Positions 10,987 to 23,700 of a DNA stretch of 64,000 bases are shown here, in pieces. The DNA is taken from contig CM074804.1 in the NCBI GenBank assembly GCA_037447605.1, positions 3,945,909 through 4,009,908 of the forward strand, read 5' to 3'. Position numbers and translations under genes: made by a program. The notes under the pieces are model-generated. The model worked only from the letters and a program-made list of their open reading frames with translations. It was not told the origin of the DNA and did not search any database. Source of the stretch: Zygnema circumcarinatum SAG 698-1b. Lineage: Eukaryota > Plantae > Zygnematophyceae. Position 1 is the stretch's first letter; each line of letters starts with the position of its first letter.

Positions 10987-11821
10987 CGAGAAAGAGAAGA
11001 AGAGGGAGAAGAGAAAGAAAGCTAGGAAAAGGGAGAGAGGAGGCGCTATTGAATGTGAGATGAGAGGACATGCCGCGCAAGATAGGTGAAGATGTAGGGA
11101 GAGAAATAGGAGAGGGAAAACAGTGAGTGGGAGTTGACGAGAGGCGTGCTGTATGGTAGTTTGGAGGCGCGCAGAGCGATCCTTCAGAAATTCAAGTTTT
11201 TGAAGGACTTTGTGCCGGGCTTCAGCCCGCAACCGGACATTGCTCCCCAGCATTGTCACATGTGACAGAATAAAGGGAGTCCAGGTCGTAGGGTTCAGAG
11301 TTCCGAGTTCCTGGTCTAGGATTTAGGGTTACTTTGGTGTGACATGTATGGAAAAGATTAGAGGTAGTATCCCTGTCATAAGGACATGGCCGAACGCTTG
11401 TATTGAAGGTATGGGCTGGTTTGGTGCTTTTTTTTTCTTTTTTTGCAGGGGGGGCGGGGGGTGGAGAGACTTGCCCTAAGAAAGCGGTACATTCCAATTT
11501 TTTTTTTTTTCAATGTGTCGAGAGTTATTTTGTGTAGATTAAAGCCATACGTTGCTTTGAGCATGTAGCGATGTCGTTTTTTGATCAGCTTGGACAATTG
11601 CGCGAGGTAGACTTGACACAGAATAAAATACAAAAGTATATGCACGGGTTACGCATAGTACCCTGGAAGGAACGTAACTAAATCCATGTTGTGAAATCAT
11701 AAAAATGTCAAAACTTACCTCTTGAACTTTCATCCACGCCTAAATGCGGATCAAAAAGCTTGAACCTTACTTGCTTTATCCACTCTTCTTGTGTTGGCGT
11801 GCGATGTGCATGCACTCACCC

Positions 11822-12261
11822 ACATAACATGGTCTGAACCCAAGACGTGTTAGTACCCACATGGCTAATTGCGTGTTTTACCATTAAAATGCAACTGCGG
11901 CTAGCGGATGTACGTACCAAAGTCATACATCTCTATGTATACAGTGTTGTTACATTCCTCCTCACTTAAGCTATGCTCGTCCTAGAGCACTCGGCCCAAG
12001 GGTTTGCCCCATCTAGATCCTTGGTGACCAAACCCTTGGTGTGATCAATACCATGCTTAGGGATCACGGTGTTTTTAAAGTGTGGACTGCGAGTACCATT
12101 TCTTAGGCTCTGATACCAACATAACAAGCTTGCCCTCAACAAGGCCTGAAACCTAAGACCTACGCACACGGCTAATCGTGTGTTGTACGATTTAAAAGGT
12201 ACAGTAACCGCGAATGTACGGTACATGTCAAGCCATACATCTCTATATATACACGCACACA
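11822..12261 (-). mobile_element. TRIM (miniature non-autonomous LTR retrotransposon), degenerate
   Basis: Two diverged direct repeats of about 135-140 bp (11822-11954, 12119-~12261) sharing acataaca, ggYctgaa..aagac, caYggctaat, atgtacg and catacatctctatRtataca. On the minus strand: tRNA-iMet PBS TGGTATCAGAGC (12107-12118) and PPT TTAAGTGAGGAGGAA (11955-11969) followed by TGT. The 164-bp internal region has no retroelement coding sequence. Confidence 0.8.
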
Positions 12262-12930
12262 GACAGACAGACAGACAGACAGACAGGCAGACAGACAGGC
12301 AGACAGCCATCCGGCCGGTCAACGCCCGCCCGCCCGGCGCCAACTGACGGACCGGGCCGTTATTATATTATGCCATAACTGCTAACGGCCTGCATGGAGA
12401 ATATCCGTACGGAGGAATATTCTTAGTACGATTGAATATTCTCCGTACGGCTGGCCCTGTCCAAACCGCCTGCTTTCTCGGCCCTCAAAAACGAGAGGAA
12501 GGTCTCTACGGGGCGCTCGGATCTGAAGCTGGAGTGCCGCGTGGCGTCTGACCCTGAACCCCAGGGCGGGATTTTAGCGGTAGGCCGGAAAGGGTTCCGG
12601 GTCCTGACTCGCTGTTCAGAGCTGTCGCCGGATCCACTTTCTGATCCTGAACCCTAACGCCATTCCTTGCCCTAATCTCAATGTCTTCTGAATGGTGGTA
12701 GATCAGATATGACGCCTCGGAAGTTATCGCTTTCTCTATATCTCGCTCTTGGATTCTAACCCCTAAAGCCTAAACCTCTCAATTTAAAACCGCAATCCCG
12801 GATGCCTATACTAAAAACCTTAAACCCGCATTGTGAATCGGAAGCGTTGAAGCCCAATGCTTTAGTCCTGACCCAAGCTTGAGTATACACCCTGACCCTG
12901 AACCCTATCGTGGAGCCCTCCCTTTCCAAA

Positions 12931-15900
12931 ATGGGCGGCCCTTCCTCAGCTCCTCCCCCCCCCTCCACCAAAACCCAAAAAGTCATGAGGACTCCTCCGG
13001 GGATCTATGTGCTGCACAAAATCTGTAATTCACATTTTTCCTTTTCCACATATCAATACTCCGTTTTGGCCCTCACCTTTTTGGCCTATGCTTGCTACCA
13101 TGCGGCCCGAAAGCCTGCCAGCATAGTGAAGAGCGTCCTTCACCCCGACAATATGAATAGCATCCTCGACAATAGTACTGGGAGCAGCAATGCGAGCCAT
13201 TCTTTCTATGCGGCGTCGAACTCCTCCGCCGTTCCGTTGCACCAAACGGGGCTGTCTGGGGGATGGGCTCCCTTCAACGGAAAGCTCGGAAAGGGTCTTT
13301 TGGGAGAAATGGATATCGCATTTCTTTCATGTTACGCTTTTGGAATGTACTTTGCGGGGCATTTAGCAGATCGTATTGATTTGCGTCTTTTTTTGACATT
13401 CGGAATGATCGGAAGTGGCGTGGCGGTGGGGCTTTTTGGGATGGCTCAATTCTGGAATATTCACAACTTGGGGTATTTTATTCTGGTACAAATGGTGGGA
13501 GGGTTCCTGCAGTCCTCCGGCTGGCCGAGCGTCGTTTCCGTGGTGGCGAGTTGGTACGGAAAAAAACGTAGAGGATTAATTTTAGGAATATGGAATGCGC
13601 ATACTTCCGTTGGAAATATTGGCGGTTCTTTGCTTTCTTCCTTCGCACTTCGGTGGGGGTGGGGCTGGGCCTTTTTGGTACCGGGCTTCTGTATAGCATC
13701 GGCGGGAGTAGCAGTGTACTTATTCCTGGTTCCCAACCCGGAGATTATCGGTTTCAATTTGGAGGAAGAGTTGGGAGAGAGGTCGGAAGCCATAAATGGT
13801 TTTCAGGCGGCTCCGATGGTGGAGAATGGTGAGAGGAGAGAAGGGGCGGAGGAGGGAGTCGGGGAGGGAGAGGTAGAGGGAGAGGGAGATGGGTTGATGC
13901 TGCTAGGCGCGAGGAAGGAAAAGCAGGAGGAGAATGTCGACGAAAAGGTGGAAGCTATTGGCTTTCTGGAGGCTTGGAGGATTCCGGGAGTGGCGGCGTT
14001 TGCACTATGCCTCTTCTTTGCAAAGCTTGTCGCCTACACATTTCTGGACTGGCTTCCGTTCTACATAGGCCATGAAAGTGAGTGGAAGCATGGGCGAGAG
14101 GGAGGTAGAAGAGCGGGGAGGAGGGAGGGAAGAGAGGAGGGGGGGAGAGGACTTGATAGGACTGGTGGGCGGAAAGGTAAGGTAAAGGGAGGAGGTGGGG
14201 AGAGGAGAATAGAAGGGAGGTGAGGGCGAGAAGAGGGAAGGAGAGATAAAGGAAAATTGTAGCGAATGAGGGAAAGAGCAGTGTAAGTGGGGAGTGGGGG
14301 TGTGGGGATACAAACGAGCAGTGGGAGAGAAGAGAGGAAGGACAATTGGGGTTGCAAGGAGAGGGGTTGACAGATAAAGAGGGGGACAGACTTGAAGGTA
14401 GGAGAGAGTAGGGCACAGTGATGATGCAGTGGGGTGTGAGTGAGACAGGTGATCCCAATGCAAAGGTGAACCCAATAGTCTTTGGCATTGTCGCCTTGTT
14501 GAGATTGAGAGCAGCATTTTCTTCATCACCTCTTTTTCATTTTCTGGATTCCCTCATCGTTACAAAGTCAAGACATTTAAAATCCTCAAATATTATTGAT
14601 CTCGTCATTTTTTTAGAAATCCTAAACCGCCTTTCCTCCAAACTTTCAGGAATTGGTGGCGTCTACCTGAGCAGCACCACGGCCGGTATATTTTCAACGG
14701 TTTATGATGTCGGAGGTGTTTTCGGCGGAATTTTAGCGGGGTATCTGTCAGACGCCTATCAGGCCCAGGCAACGGTTTCCGTGTGCTTTATGGCTCTCGC
14801 AATTCCGCTGTTGGGAGTTTATTTCCTTTTCGGTCACGTTTCAATTCTCTTAAATGTGACTCTTCTCAGTCTAGTGGGGCTTCTTGTGAACGGACCTTAT
14901 GCCCTAATCACATGCGCAGTGTCGGCAGATTTAGGGCAACATTCTTCTCTTAGGGGGAACTCACGAGCTCTCGCTACTGTTACCGCTATCATCGACGGGA
15001 CGGGATCTGCTGGAGCAGCCTTGGGGCCGTTCCTTACGGGAATTATTTCGGATGTGGGAGGAGACAAGGGCTGGGCGGCAGTGTTCGGGATGTTGATGAT
15101 GTCGTGCCTGGCATCGGTGTTATGTTTGCTGCGTCTGGTGATGTCGGAGACGGTGCAGAGGTGGAGGGAAGCGAGGAGGGGGGCGGCAGGAGAAGAGGAT
15201 GTGGAGAGGCACCTAACAGGTGAGAGGGACGCCTGTAAATTTGTGGTGGGGAAAGAGAGAGGAATGGAGGTGGGGAGAGGAGAAGGAGGCAGGGTCGAGA
15301 GGCGAAAGTAAGAAAGAGGGAGAAAATGAGAGAGCTGGAGGGAGGGAGAAGAGAGAGGGCGGGACACAAAAGGAGAGGAATGTGCGGTAAAGAGGAAGAG
15401 TCAGGAGAGACGGGTCATGGGAATGCAAGGAAACGATAGAGAGGGAAAGTTAGGGAGACAAGAGAGACTGATGAGAAGAGACTGCGGGCTAGGCGATGAG
15501 AGAGAGGGCGAGAAAGGAGGGGCGGAAAAGGGGCGAAAAAGGAGGGAAGGTATGGTGTATGGACGAGGGAGTAAGAAAGAGGTGGTAAGGAGAGCAGGGA
15601 GGGAGAACAAGCTGGGAATTATGGAAATGAAAGAGAGGGAGGAGGAATAGAACGGGAGCGAACAAGAATGACAGCGGGAGTGAGGTGTCGGGGAGGTGAG
15701 AGAAAAAGGAGAGAGAAGAGAACTCCCACGAGTTGCCTGGTGCATGTGGTTCTACCCATGTAGATGCAGCTTTGCAGCTCGTGTTTTGTCTTCCATTGGG
15801 GCATATCTGACGTTTCCCCTCCCCGTCTCCCCCATCTCTCTCCCTCCCCTCCCTCCCCGTCTCTCCCCCCCGCCATCTCTCCCTCCCCCCTCTCCCTCTC

Positions 15901-16056
15901 TCTCTGCGTGCGGAGTAGTTTGATGAGAGAGGGGATGACGAGTCGCCAAATTTAAAGGTGATTTAAAGGTATCAAATGACTCATAGTGAGGATCTCCCTG
16001 TTCCTGTGGATGCAGGAAGCTCGTCGACAAGCCAAGTAGACGGAAACAAAGTGTGA
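12931..16056 (+). CDS. MFS sugar-phosphate/glycerol-3-phosphate transporter (SLC37/G3Pp family)
   Basis: Exons 12931-14077, 14650-15219 and probable last exon 16016-16056. Motifs YACYHAARKPASIVKS, GHLADRIDLRLFL, QSSGWPSVV, RGLILGIWNAHTSVGNI, CLFFAKLVAYTFLDWLPFY, NGPYALITCAVSADLG, LATVTAIIDGTGSAGAALGP. Confidence 0.92.
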
Positions 16057-16940
16057 ACACGGATAAATATGAACGGGCCACCCCTCCGAATCAACCCTTG
16101 AGGCCTACATGTCTTGCCTTATTTTGAGCTCACACTGGAACGAGCCTTGTTTTGGCAACACGTTATTAGGGCAAGCGACCACACCAAATGGAAGCCCTGC
16201 AGGGAGTCCTTGTACATTTTTTACTTTTAGGATTTTTAGGCTTTCTCTACAAGCATAGGGGTGTACCACCAGCTGCGTGTTTGTAAAAAATGTAGGCTCG
16301 CTGTAGGGATTGGGTCTCGCTCTCGCTGTCCCCAGTTTTTGCTCTGCTTCTGCCCTTTGTTTATAAGTGATTCTTTTCTGATCATGACCTCGTTTTCCTT
16401 TGTTTCTCTATGGCTACTCCTTTTCGGTTGTCTCACTGTTAAGGCCTTAATTTCTCTAAACATTGTTAACGTAGACAACCAACGTGCTCGAGATTGGATG
16501 ATGACCGAATTGTTTAGTAACTTCAATTTGACAAGATCAGAAGTGAAGTGTTGACCCACCGCACGATCTCGAAGCACCCGAGACCTACAGAAATACCCTG
16601 TTGGTCGTCACGTGAAGAATTTACCTCACAGTTTCGGGAGTTCTATTCCAAAATTCCAACTGAGAACAGATATCAAAGTAGATAGCTAAAGGGACCCCAC
16701 CAATACCCCTCAAGTGCAGCACAGTCACCTCGAGGGTCCCATCTCCACCAGTACTCGGCCAAGGACAGTCAAAACCCAGAACCTTCCACCTCCTTGTAGT
16801 TTCTTTGCTTCTCAAAGTTCTGAACCTAACACTCAACACTCAAATTCTCTACAAGCCCCTGTATGAGTCTCAAAACCTCTTCCCTCTTCCACCTATCCCT
16901 CCCTGACAGCTTCCTCCCCCTGCAGAGCAATCGCTTCGCC

Positions 16941-17184
16941 ATGCCTGCCAGCCCTAAGGCCTGCCATGCAGTGCAGTGCGTGGCTGCCGCCCCCGAGCCG
17001 ACTGGGCGAGCGCAGAGAGCGCGCCACGTGGCGGTCATGGCCGCCGCGGAGGCGTTTGTGGGGAGGGTGTGCGCGGGGAGGGACGCGTCGCATGACACGT
17101 GGCATGCAGAGAGGGTGCGACTCACGGCGGTCGCCCTGGGGGAGGAGGAAGGGCTGTCGGCAGACTCCCTCGAGCTGGTGGGCG

Positions 17185-17250
<66 letters not shown>

Positions 17251-19702
17251 CCCACCCCTCTTTATCATCGTCCATGACTGCTGTTTCCCTCTTCTTCTTC
17301 CTCTCTCTGCAGCTTTCCTCTCTCTCTACTGCTGTCCGGCTTCTCTCGTCTCCGCCTCTTCCCTATTTCTCTTCTCTCGCTAACCCTGCTACTTTTCACT
17401 CTCTCCCTCTTCCTTTCCCGCTTTCTCCCCGCTCTCTTCTTGCACTTTCGACCTCTTCCCTCCCTCTGTTCCTCTCGTTTCCATTGGGCTCCGCCTCGAC
17501 CCCTCTCTTTTCCTCGGCCCTCCCTCTCGCCATCTCCACTTCCGCGGCTCTCCCCCTTCCCTCTCTCTCTCCTTGCGCCCTTCCTCTCTCCCGTTTCCAC
17601 TTCTGCGGGAGGTGATTTTTTCATGGCAGAAGTCTTTGTGATGTTTTGCAGGTGGAGTTGGCTGCCTTGCTTCACGATATTGGTGAGCACCCGCCTAATT
17701 TTCGTACAACGATTTTGGTGGACTATGATCGTGACTACGTTTAGGTTAGTTGAGTCACGATGAAGTAAATGTAGAAAAAATGTAAATTCCTTCGGTCATT
17801 TTCAAGTAGCAAGAGGTTGAAATTGGAAACAAGGAATATCAAAGTAATCATCTTGAAGAAGAATACTTTGGAATTAGTTCCTCGATAGAGAATTCCCATT
17901 TTTGGAAGAAGTTTTAGTGCGCATTGTATCAAAGGCCTACATTTTTTTGTATTTTTTTTTCTCTTCTTTCCCTAATGCAGGCGACCATAAATATGCGGCA
18001 AGGTGGCCACTTTTTCACGGAAAATGAATATCTGCAAGTGGTAAATGTCTTCGAAGAAGGCTGTCAAATGTTTTCTATACTTGAGGCTGCATTTTCTTTT
18101 GTTTTTTGGTTTGAACTTCAAGTCAATCCGACGCTCTTGTCACTTCTTTTTCTTTGGATTTATTCCAATTACCTCCACAATGCGATGGGAGCAGAGAGGG
18201 CATCGGGCCTGAAGCGGTGAAGAAGTTTCTGGATGCCGAGCAATACGATGAAAAAAAAATTGAAATTATAATGACCATTATTCTTCGCATGGGTATTCGG
18301 ACAACCCCCTCTTTTTCATCGCCTCCCTCCTCCCTCCTCCCTCCTCCCTCCTCTCTCACTCTTCTCTCTCTTCCTCTTGCGCTCTTGCTCGCCTCCTCTC
18401 ACTCGCTCGCTCTGTCTTCCTCCGCCATGCATCTCGGCTCACTAGTTTTCTCTCCTCTCCTTCCGATCCCATCATTTCTGCTCTTTCCCTCCTGATTCGC
18501 TCGCAGCCTTCTCTACTACTGTTCCAGTTAGTCACTTTCCTCATTTCCCAACTCTCGCTCTTTCCGCTCTCCTTTCATCTCTCCATTCCTTCCTCTCTTT
18601 TCTCGGATCCAACTCCTTCACTCCGTCCTTTTTTCTACCTTGATGCTTCTTCTTCGTTCCCTCCTTTTGGTTATCGCTTCCTCCCTTCCTTTACTTGGCT
18701 CCCCGCACCTCCTTTCTCTCCACCTCCCACTCACTCACGCGCACATCTGCGATTGCCCTTTTGGACGACGTGGAGGTTCAGGGTTCAAGGAGGAGCTTGG
18801 AGGGGAAATGTCCAAAGGCATATTTCCGGAGCTGGCGGTCGTTCAAGATGCAGATCGCCTCGACGCCATTGGGGCCATTGGTGAGCCGAATCGTATCTCA
18901 ACCCTTTTTTACTGTCCATTTCCTACGTAGTTTTATTTCCGTCAGGAATTTTTTCTTCTGTCATGTGCAATCCTTGCCTTCCCATGCACTCAGCCTCACC
19001 TTTCCCACCTCTGCAGTTTTCGATTGCATACGTAATGAACAAGTATTTCTTGCGCATAGAAAGAGTGCGAGAGAGAGAGAGAGCGAAAGTGCGAGGGACA
19101 TCATGAACTTTACTTTTTTATGATCCTTTTTTTTTTTAAATGCAACTGCGAGATGCAGGGATTGCCAGATGTTTGACTTTTGGGGGTGCCCGGAACCGAG
19201 TGCTTCACGATCCACGTCGCGATTTTCGCCAAGATTTGACAAAGGAAGCCTACCATCATGAGACTGACACCTCCACCACAATTCACCACTTTTACGAAAA
19301 ACTATTGAAACTGAAAGACCTCATGAAAACCAAGGTACACAGGCGAACATATGACCTAAACCTGAATATTTGTAAGGGCAGGCTATGGGGAGCATCAAGC
19401 GCTCGTTGTAGGGTTGGAAGGCTTTTGGCGTTGGAGATTCTTCAGGGTCTTGAATCAAAAAGGGCCAAGAAAGGTGTATCTGAATGACTGTTATGTTTGG
19501 ATGAAACATGACATTTCGGGAAGTTTGGGTCGATTATGACATGTATACGCCATGGCTCCCTCGGGTCGTTAGGGTTTGTGTTTGTGTTTCTCACTGCCTC
19601 TTTTGCGGGGCGCAGGCAGGACGGAGGAGAGCAGAAGGCCGGCACAAAGTTATGGAGGAATTTTTGGCTCAATTTTACTCCGAGTGGGAGGGCAAAAGTT
19701 AG
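16941..19702 (+). CDS. HD-domain metal-dependent phosphohydrolase, YpgQ-like (7 exons; start may be ATG 17037)
   Basis: Exons ~16941-17177, 17652-17682, 17981-18002, 18195-18292, 18782-18880, 19158-19334, 19616-19702. Motifs DASHDTWHAERV, LAALLHDIGDHKY, VVQDADRLDAIGAIGIARCLTFGG, HHFYEKLLKLKDLMKT, RH..MEEFL.QF..EW. Confidence 0.9.
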
Positions 19703-20788
19703 AGACGAGATTGCTCACACCATCTGAACCGTTTGGCTGTTTCTATGTGCGATCTTCAACAGTTCCCTCTTTTTTTCTCCTGCGCCGCTCTCTTACCTCC
19801 GATGCTCGCTTCTTGACTGACCCACTGTCTTCTCATTAAAGTATGGAGGCGCCCTTGGAACTTGTCGAGATGACCTATTCCTTGTCGAAGGGTGAGCTCT
19901 TCCGCAATCAGAGTTGCGAAAGAGAGTGATGGAGGTAGACTCGAAGGGAGATCAGAGATCGAGCTTGAGACTGTTACTCGTCAGGGTCCATGTGTAGCAT
20001 GGAGCCCTGCAGAGGTTGGGAGGTGTGGCAAGGGTTGCGTTGATTATTCTAGAGAAGTGAAACCACAGAAACCCAACCACAGCTCGCCATGTGTGCACTT
20101 TATCAAGGAAGACAACGTGGCGAATTGCGATTGGCTGGTGCGCATTCATACAAACGAAAGACTTGAGTTGATCTAACGTAATAAGATATGACATGACACG
20201 CGACACTATGACATGACAAGACGGCTTGACTCAACATAAAAGGGCGTGACATGAAAGGACATGGCCTTAGAGGATAGCACAACATGAAAAGGAATGGAGT
20301 GACGTAAAAAAAGGTGTTACTCTGATGAGGCAAAAAAAGGGAAGTCAATTGAATTGTTTTAGAAATGTCGGATCGATGCTCCGAATTTTTTGAGGACGGA
20401 ATCATGATGTCGCTGCCTCCAGGAAGGAAGAGCTCAATCAGAACAGCCTGACCTAGCAACGCCACCCAATGCACGGGACGATCCACCGCCTTCGGTGACG
20501 ACAACCAAATACACCAAAGTAGACACTTCTAGCAAATACTTCAAAACAGAAAGGGACAAAGATCCCAATCATCTGTTCAGCTTCTACGAGCCTAGCACAG
20601 CCACCTCCTCTTATAAGAATCATTATCTACATGGTGGTATAAGAAAAAGAACAATGAAAGCCACCGTGTGGATGACATTTTGACTGCAGCAGACACATCC
20701 TAGTTTTGTCCCAAACTATGGTCGTTTCCTGAAATTGGATACCTCCTTGCAGTGAGGGGAGCAGGTTAGATGCGCGCCATCGAACAGC

Positions 20789-23700
20789 TCATGTAAGCTT
20801 CGTTGCTGCCGGAGCTGACGGCACATACTTCAACAAGACGAGATTGCTGACTTCCTCTATAACCTGCATGGTCCACCGAGAAGTTTCGAAGAAGAATATT
20901 CAGCTTACACATATAGAACATGTTTAGCAATTAGGGTTAGAGAAACGTGGGGGTCGTTGCAAAGGCCTGCTATTGTTGTAACAGAAGCACGACATCGTCT
21001 CAATAAGGGAAAGCACTTGAAACCAGTTCAACACTCAAACCAGAACCCCAACATGTCACCCTAAACTCCGCCGCGACGGGTCTCTCGAAAACAAGAAGTA
21101 ATTCAAATTCTAGATGCCATAGTTGTTGCAGCAGCTAAGGCTGGAGGTTTGCTCTCCACCTGCAAAGCGTGCTCCAAATCTTGTCGAGTGTGTGCAGCAG
21201 AGATGCAGACACGTGCCCTTGACACAAGAAGGGGCGTTGCAGGGAAACCAACAACAACGACGGCTACCTGCAAACGAGCGAGCGAAAAAAAACAGAACAG
21301 AACCATGTGTCAAGGTCTGGAGTGAATTTTCACTCTCACATTGCTTGAAAGATATTGATAAACTCTCTTTCTGGCGGCAGCAGCGGGAGAGAGATGTGAC
21401 GAAGGGCAGCGGAAGGGGAGAGAGGAGGGAGCGAAGGATGGCGGAGGTAGGGGTAGGGGGCGAGGGAGAGGAGATGGGAGGCGGGCACAGGATCAGAGTC
21501 AGGGTCGCAAGGGGTGAAGGTGGAAGGTGGCCGAAGGGGGGAGAGTGTGGAAGGCGAACGAGGACGAGAAGTAAAGAGGAGGCAGAAAGGGAGGGAAAAC
21601 GGGCAATCAAGCATGTGAACAGTAAAGGGTTTCATACATTTCGCTTGAAGCATTCTCGAGAAAAGGCGGCAATCTTGGCTGGATTGTAAAGCATCACAGG
21701 CATCACGGGCGAGTCTTCATCTCCAAGAACTTCACAGCCTATTCTCCGTAGCTCAGTGCGAAACCAGTTACAGTTGTCCCTCAGTTGCGCCAACTTCTTT
21801 GCACCTGAGTCCATTCAACCCCAAATTTCAACTCTTACATGAGTGAGATAACCCAAGAGCTGACAAGTCGTTCTTCGATAAACACGATATATTTTCTATG
21901 AAAAAGAAGGGGGGGGGGAAAAAAAAAAAAAAAAAAAAAACGAAAAAAACCAAAAAAAAAAAAAACGAACGAAAACAAACCATAAACGAACCATTCTGGA
22001 GAAGAAAAACCTAGACACACGTGATCAACTTCACTCAAAACTGGTCAACATCTATAGAATTTAAATCGATTGTTTAAAAAAAGTGAAAGTTTGGTTTCAA
22101 GACAGGGCTGCGCCAACAGAAGAAAAAAATTAGTTATGCTATTCTAGAACAGTTTTTTTTAATATTCTTCTCTCCATAATGTTCATTAAACTACAAAGGT
22201 TTCTCTCTATGCAGGGATAGTATACCTCGATCTGTTCCATCCTCTCCAAGGAGCACCTTGATAGCACTCAAAATCTGTTCTGCAGCTGGCGGAGAAATGG
22301 AAGTTGCGTACATATGACTCGGACTCACTTGCTTTAAATACGCAATGAGCTCCTGAGAACCAAACAATACCAATTCTTCTCAGCCCCACAACTAGAGAGA
22401 CATCCACGTAGAGGAACTCATTCAACCCTAGAATCTAAAAAGCCCAAAGACCGACAAGCTACAACTGGAAGCAAAAAAATACATCACTTTGAGCCATCAA
22501 CTGACCCTAGAATCTGCTCTAGGAGATGGAAGGTTGATCTGAACTCTACCAACTGCAGAAGCAACCCGCTTCTGGGCCACTCTCTCCTGTTGTTTTTCAC
22601 AGGCAAAAGCTGTAAAATTATATCAAGCAAGGAGGAGAAGAAAGGTCCATGTGCCTACAAGCTAATCAACGGGGCTCACCTTTGAGCCTGCAACGTAGCC
22701 TCCACAAGATCCAAACGACTTAGTAAAAGTTCCCATCATGATATCAATATCTGCAGTATCGACTCCGAGAAGCTCGCAAACTCCCTTCCCACTCGGCCCA
22801 ATGGCTCCAATACTGTGGGCTTCATCCAAATACAGATAAGCCTGCACAGACATTTGTGCGTTAGAATTAGACGGCATTTACAGTTTTTAAGTTTTGACCT
22901 TTCCAGCTACTGGGATCTACGCTAATAATCGCAGCAAAGTGAGAACTTTCAAAGTTCGTCTAATTTCCAAGCATGCCATGATTTGACTTCTTAGTTAAAG
23001 CCTTTCGGGTGCTCAGAATACATTTTTCCTGATCATATTGTGCCCTTCCTGCTACATATGCCTAACCGCAAGTACTTCCCAAACATGTCGAACAGCCCAG
23101 CCTTTCCCGAGTTACGTGCATGCGGGTACCTTGTATTTCTTCTTAATGGCAACAATCTCCTGCAGCCTGCAGATCTCCCCTTCCATGCTGTAAATCCCTT
23201 CCACTATGACAACAATCTTCTTCCACGGCCTATGTGTGCGGGGTTGCCCCTCTGCAATAGCTTCTCGGAGAACCGCCTCCAAATCTTCAGGCTCTGCTCC
23301 GAACCAAAAAAGAGGGAGAAAAAACCCCTTCATCTGCAAGCTTGAAAAAATCATTTCTGCAAGGATTTCCTACTTGCTCCGCATTGCTCCACATTTCAGT
23401 TAAGGTTGAATATTATACCATTGTGCTGAAACACTTTAATTTTAGCACCAGAGCCACGCGCTCCCGCCACAATGGATGAATGGTTGAGAGAGTCGCTCAC
23501 AATGAGGCTTCCCTGCATATATAAAAAATTGACGATCGCCTCAGAAATGCTGGAAGCCACAACTAAATTGAAAACGCCTAATCTGTGCGAATCTGGTGTC
23601 CGACCAAAACGTCTCAAAAAAATAGGCCGATATACAAAATTTAACAAACACGTCGTCAAAAAACTCTCCATATTGGTGCTTTTGCTTTACCTTGCCAACG

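Noticed and set aside
11822-12261. TRIM as a Cassandra element carrying 5S sequence, which would link to TFIIIA next door
   Set aside because: No 5S A-box or C-box-like sequence is visible in either LTR.
21900-21985. Poly-A/poly-G run resembling a retroposon tail
   Set aside because: It is intronic poly-T on the LCB2 sense strand, with no element body or target-site duplication.
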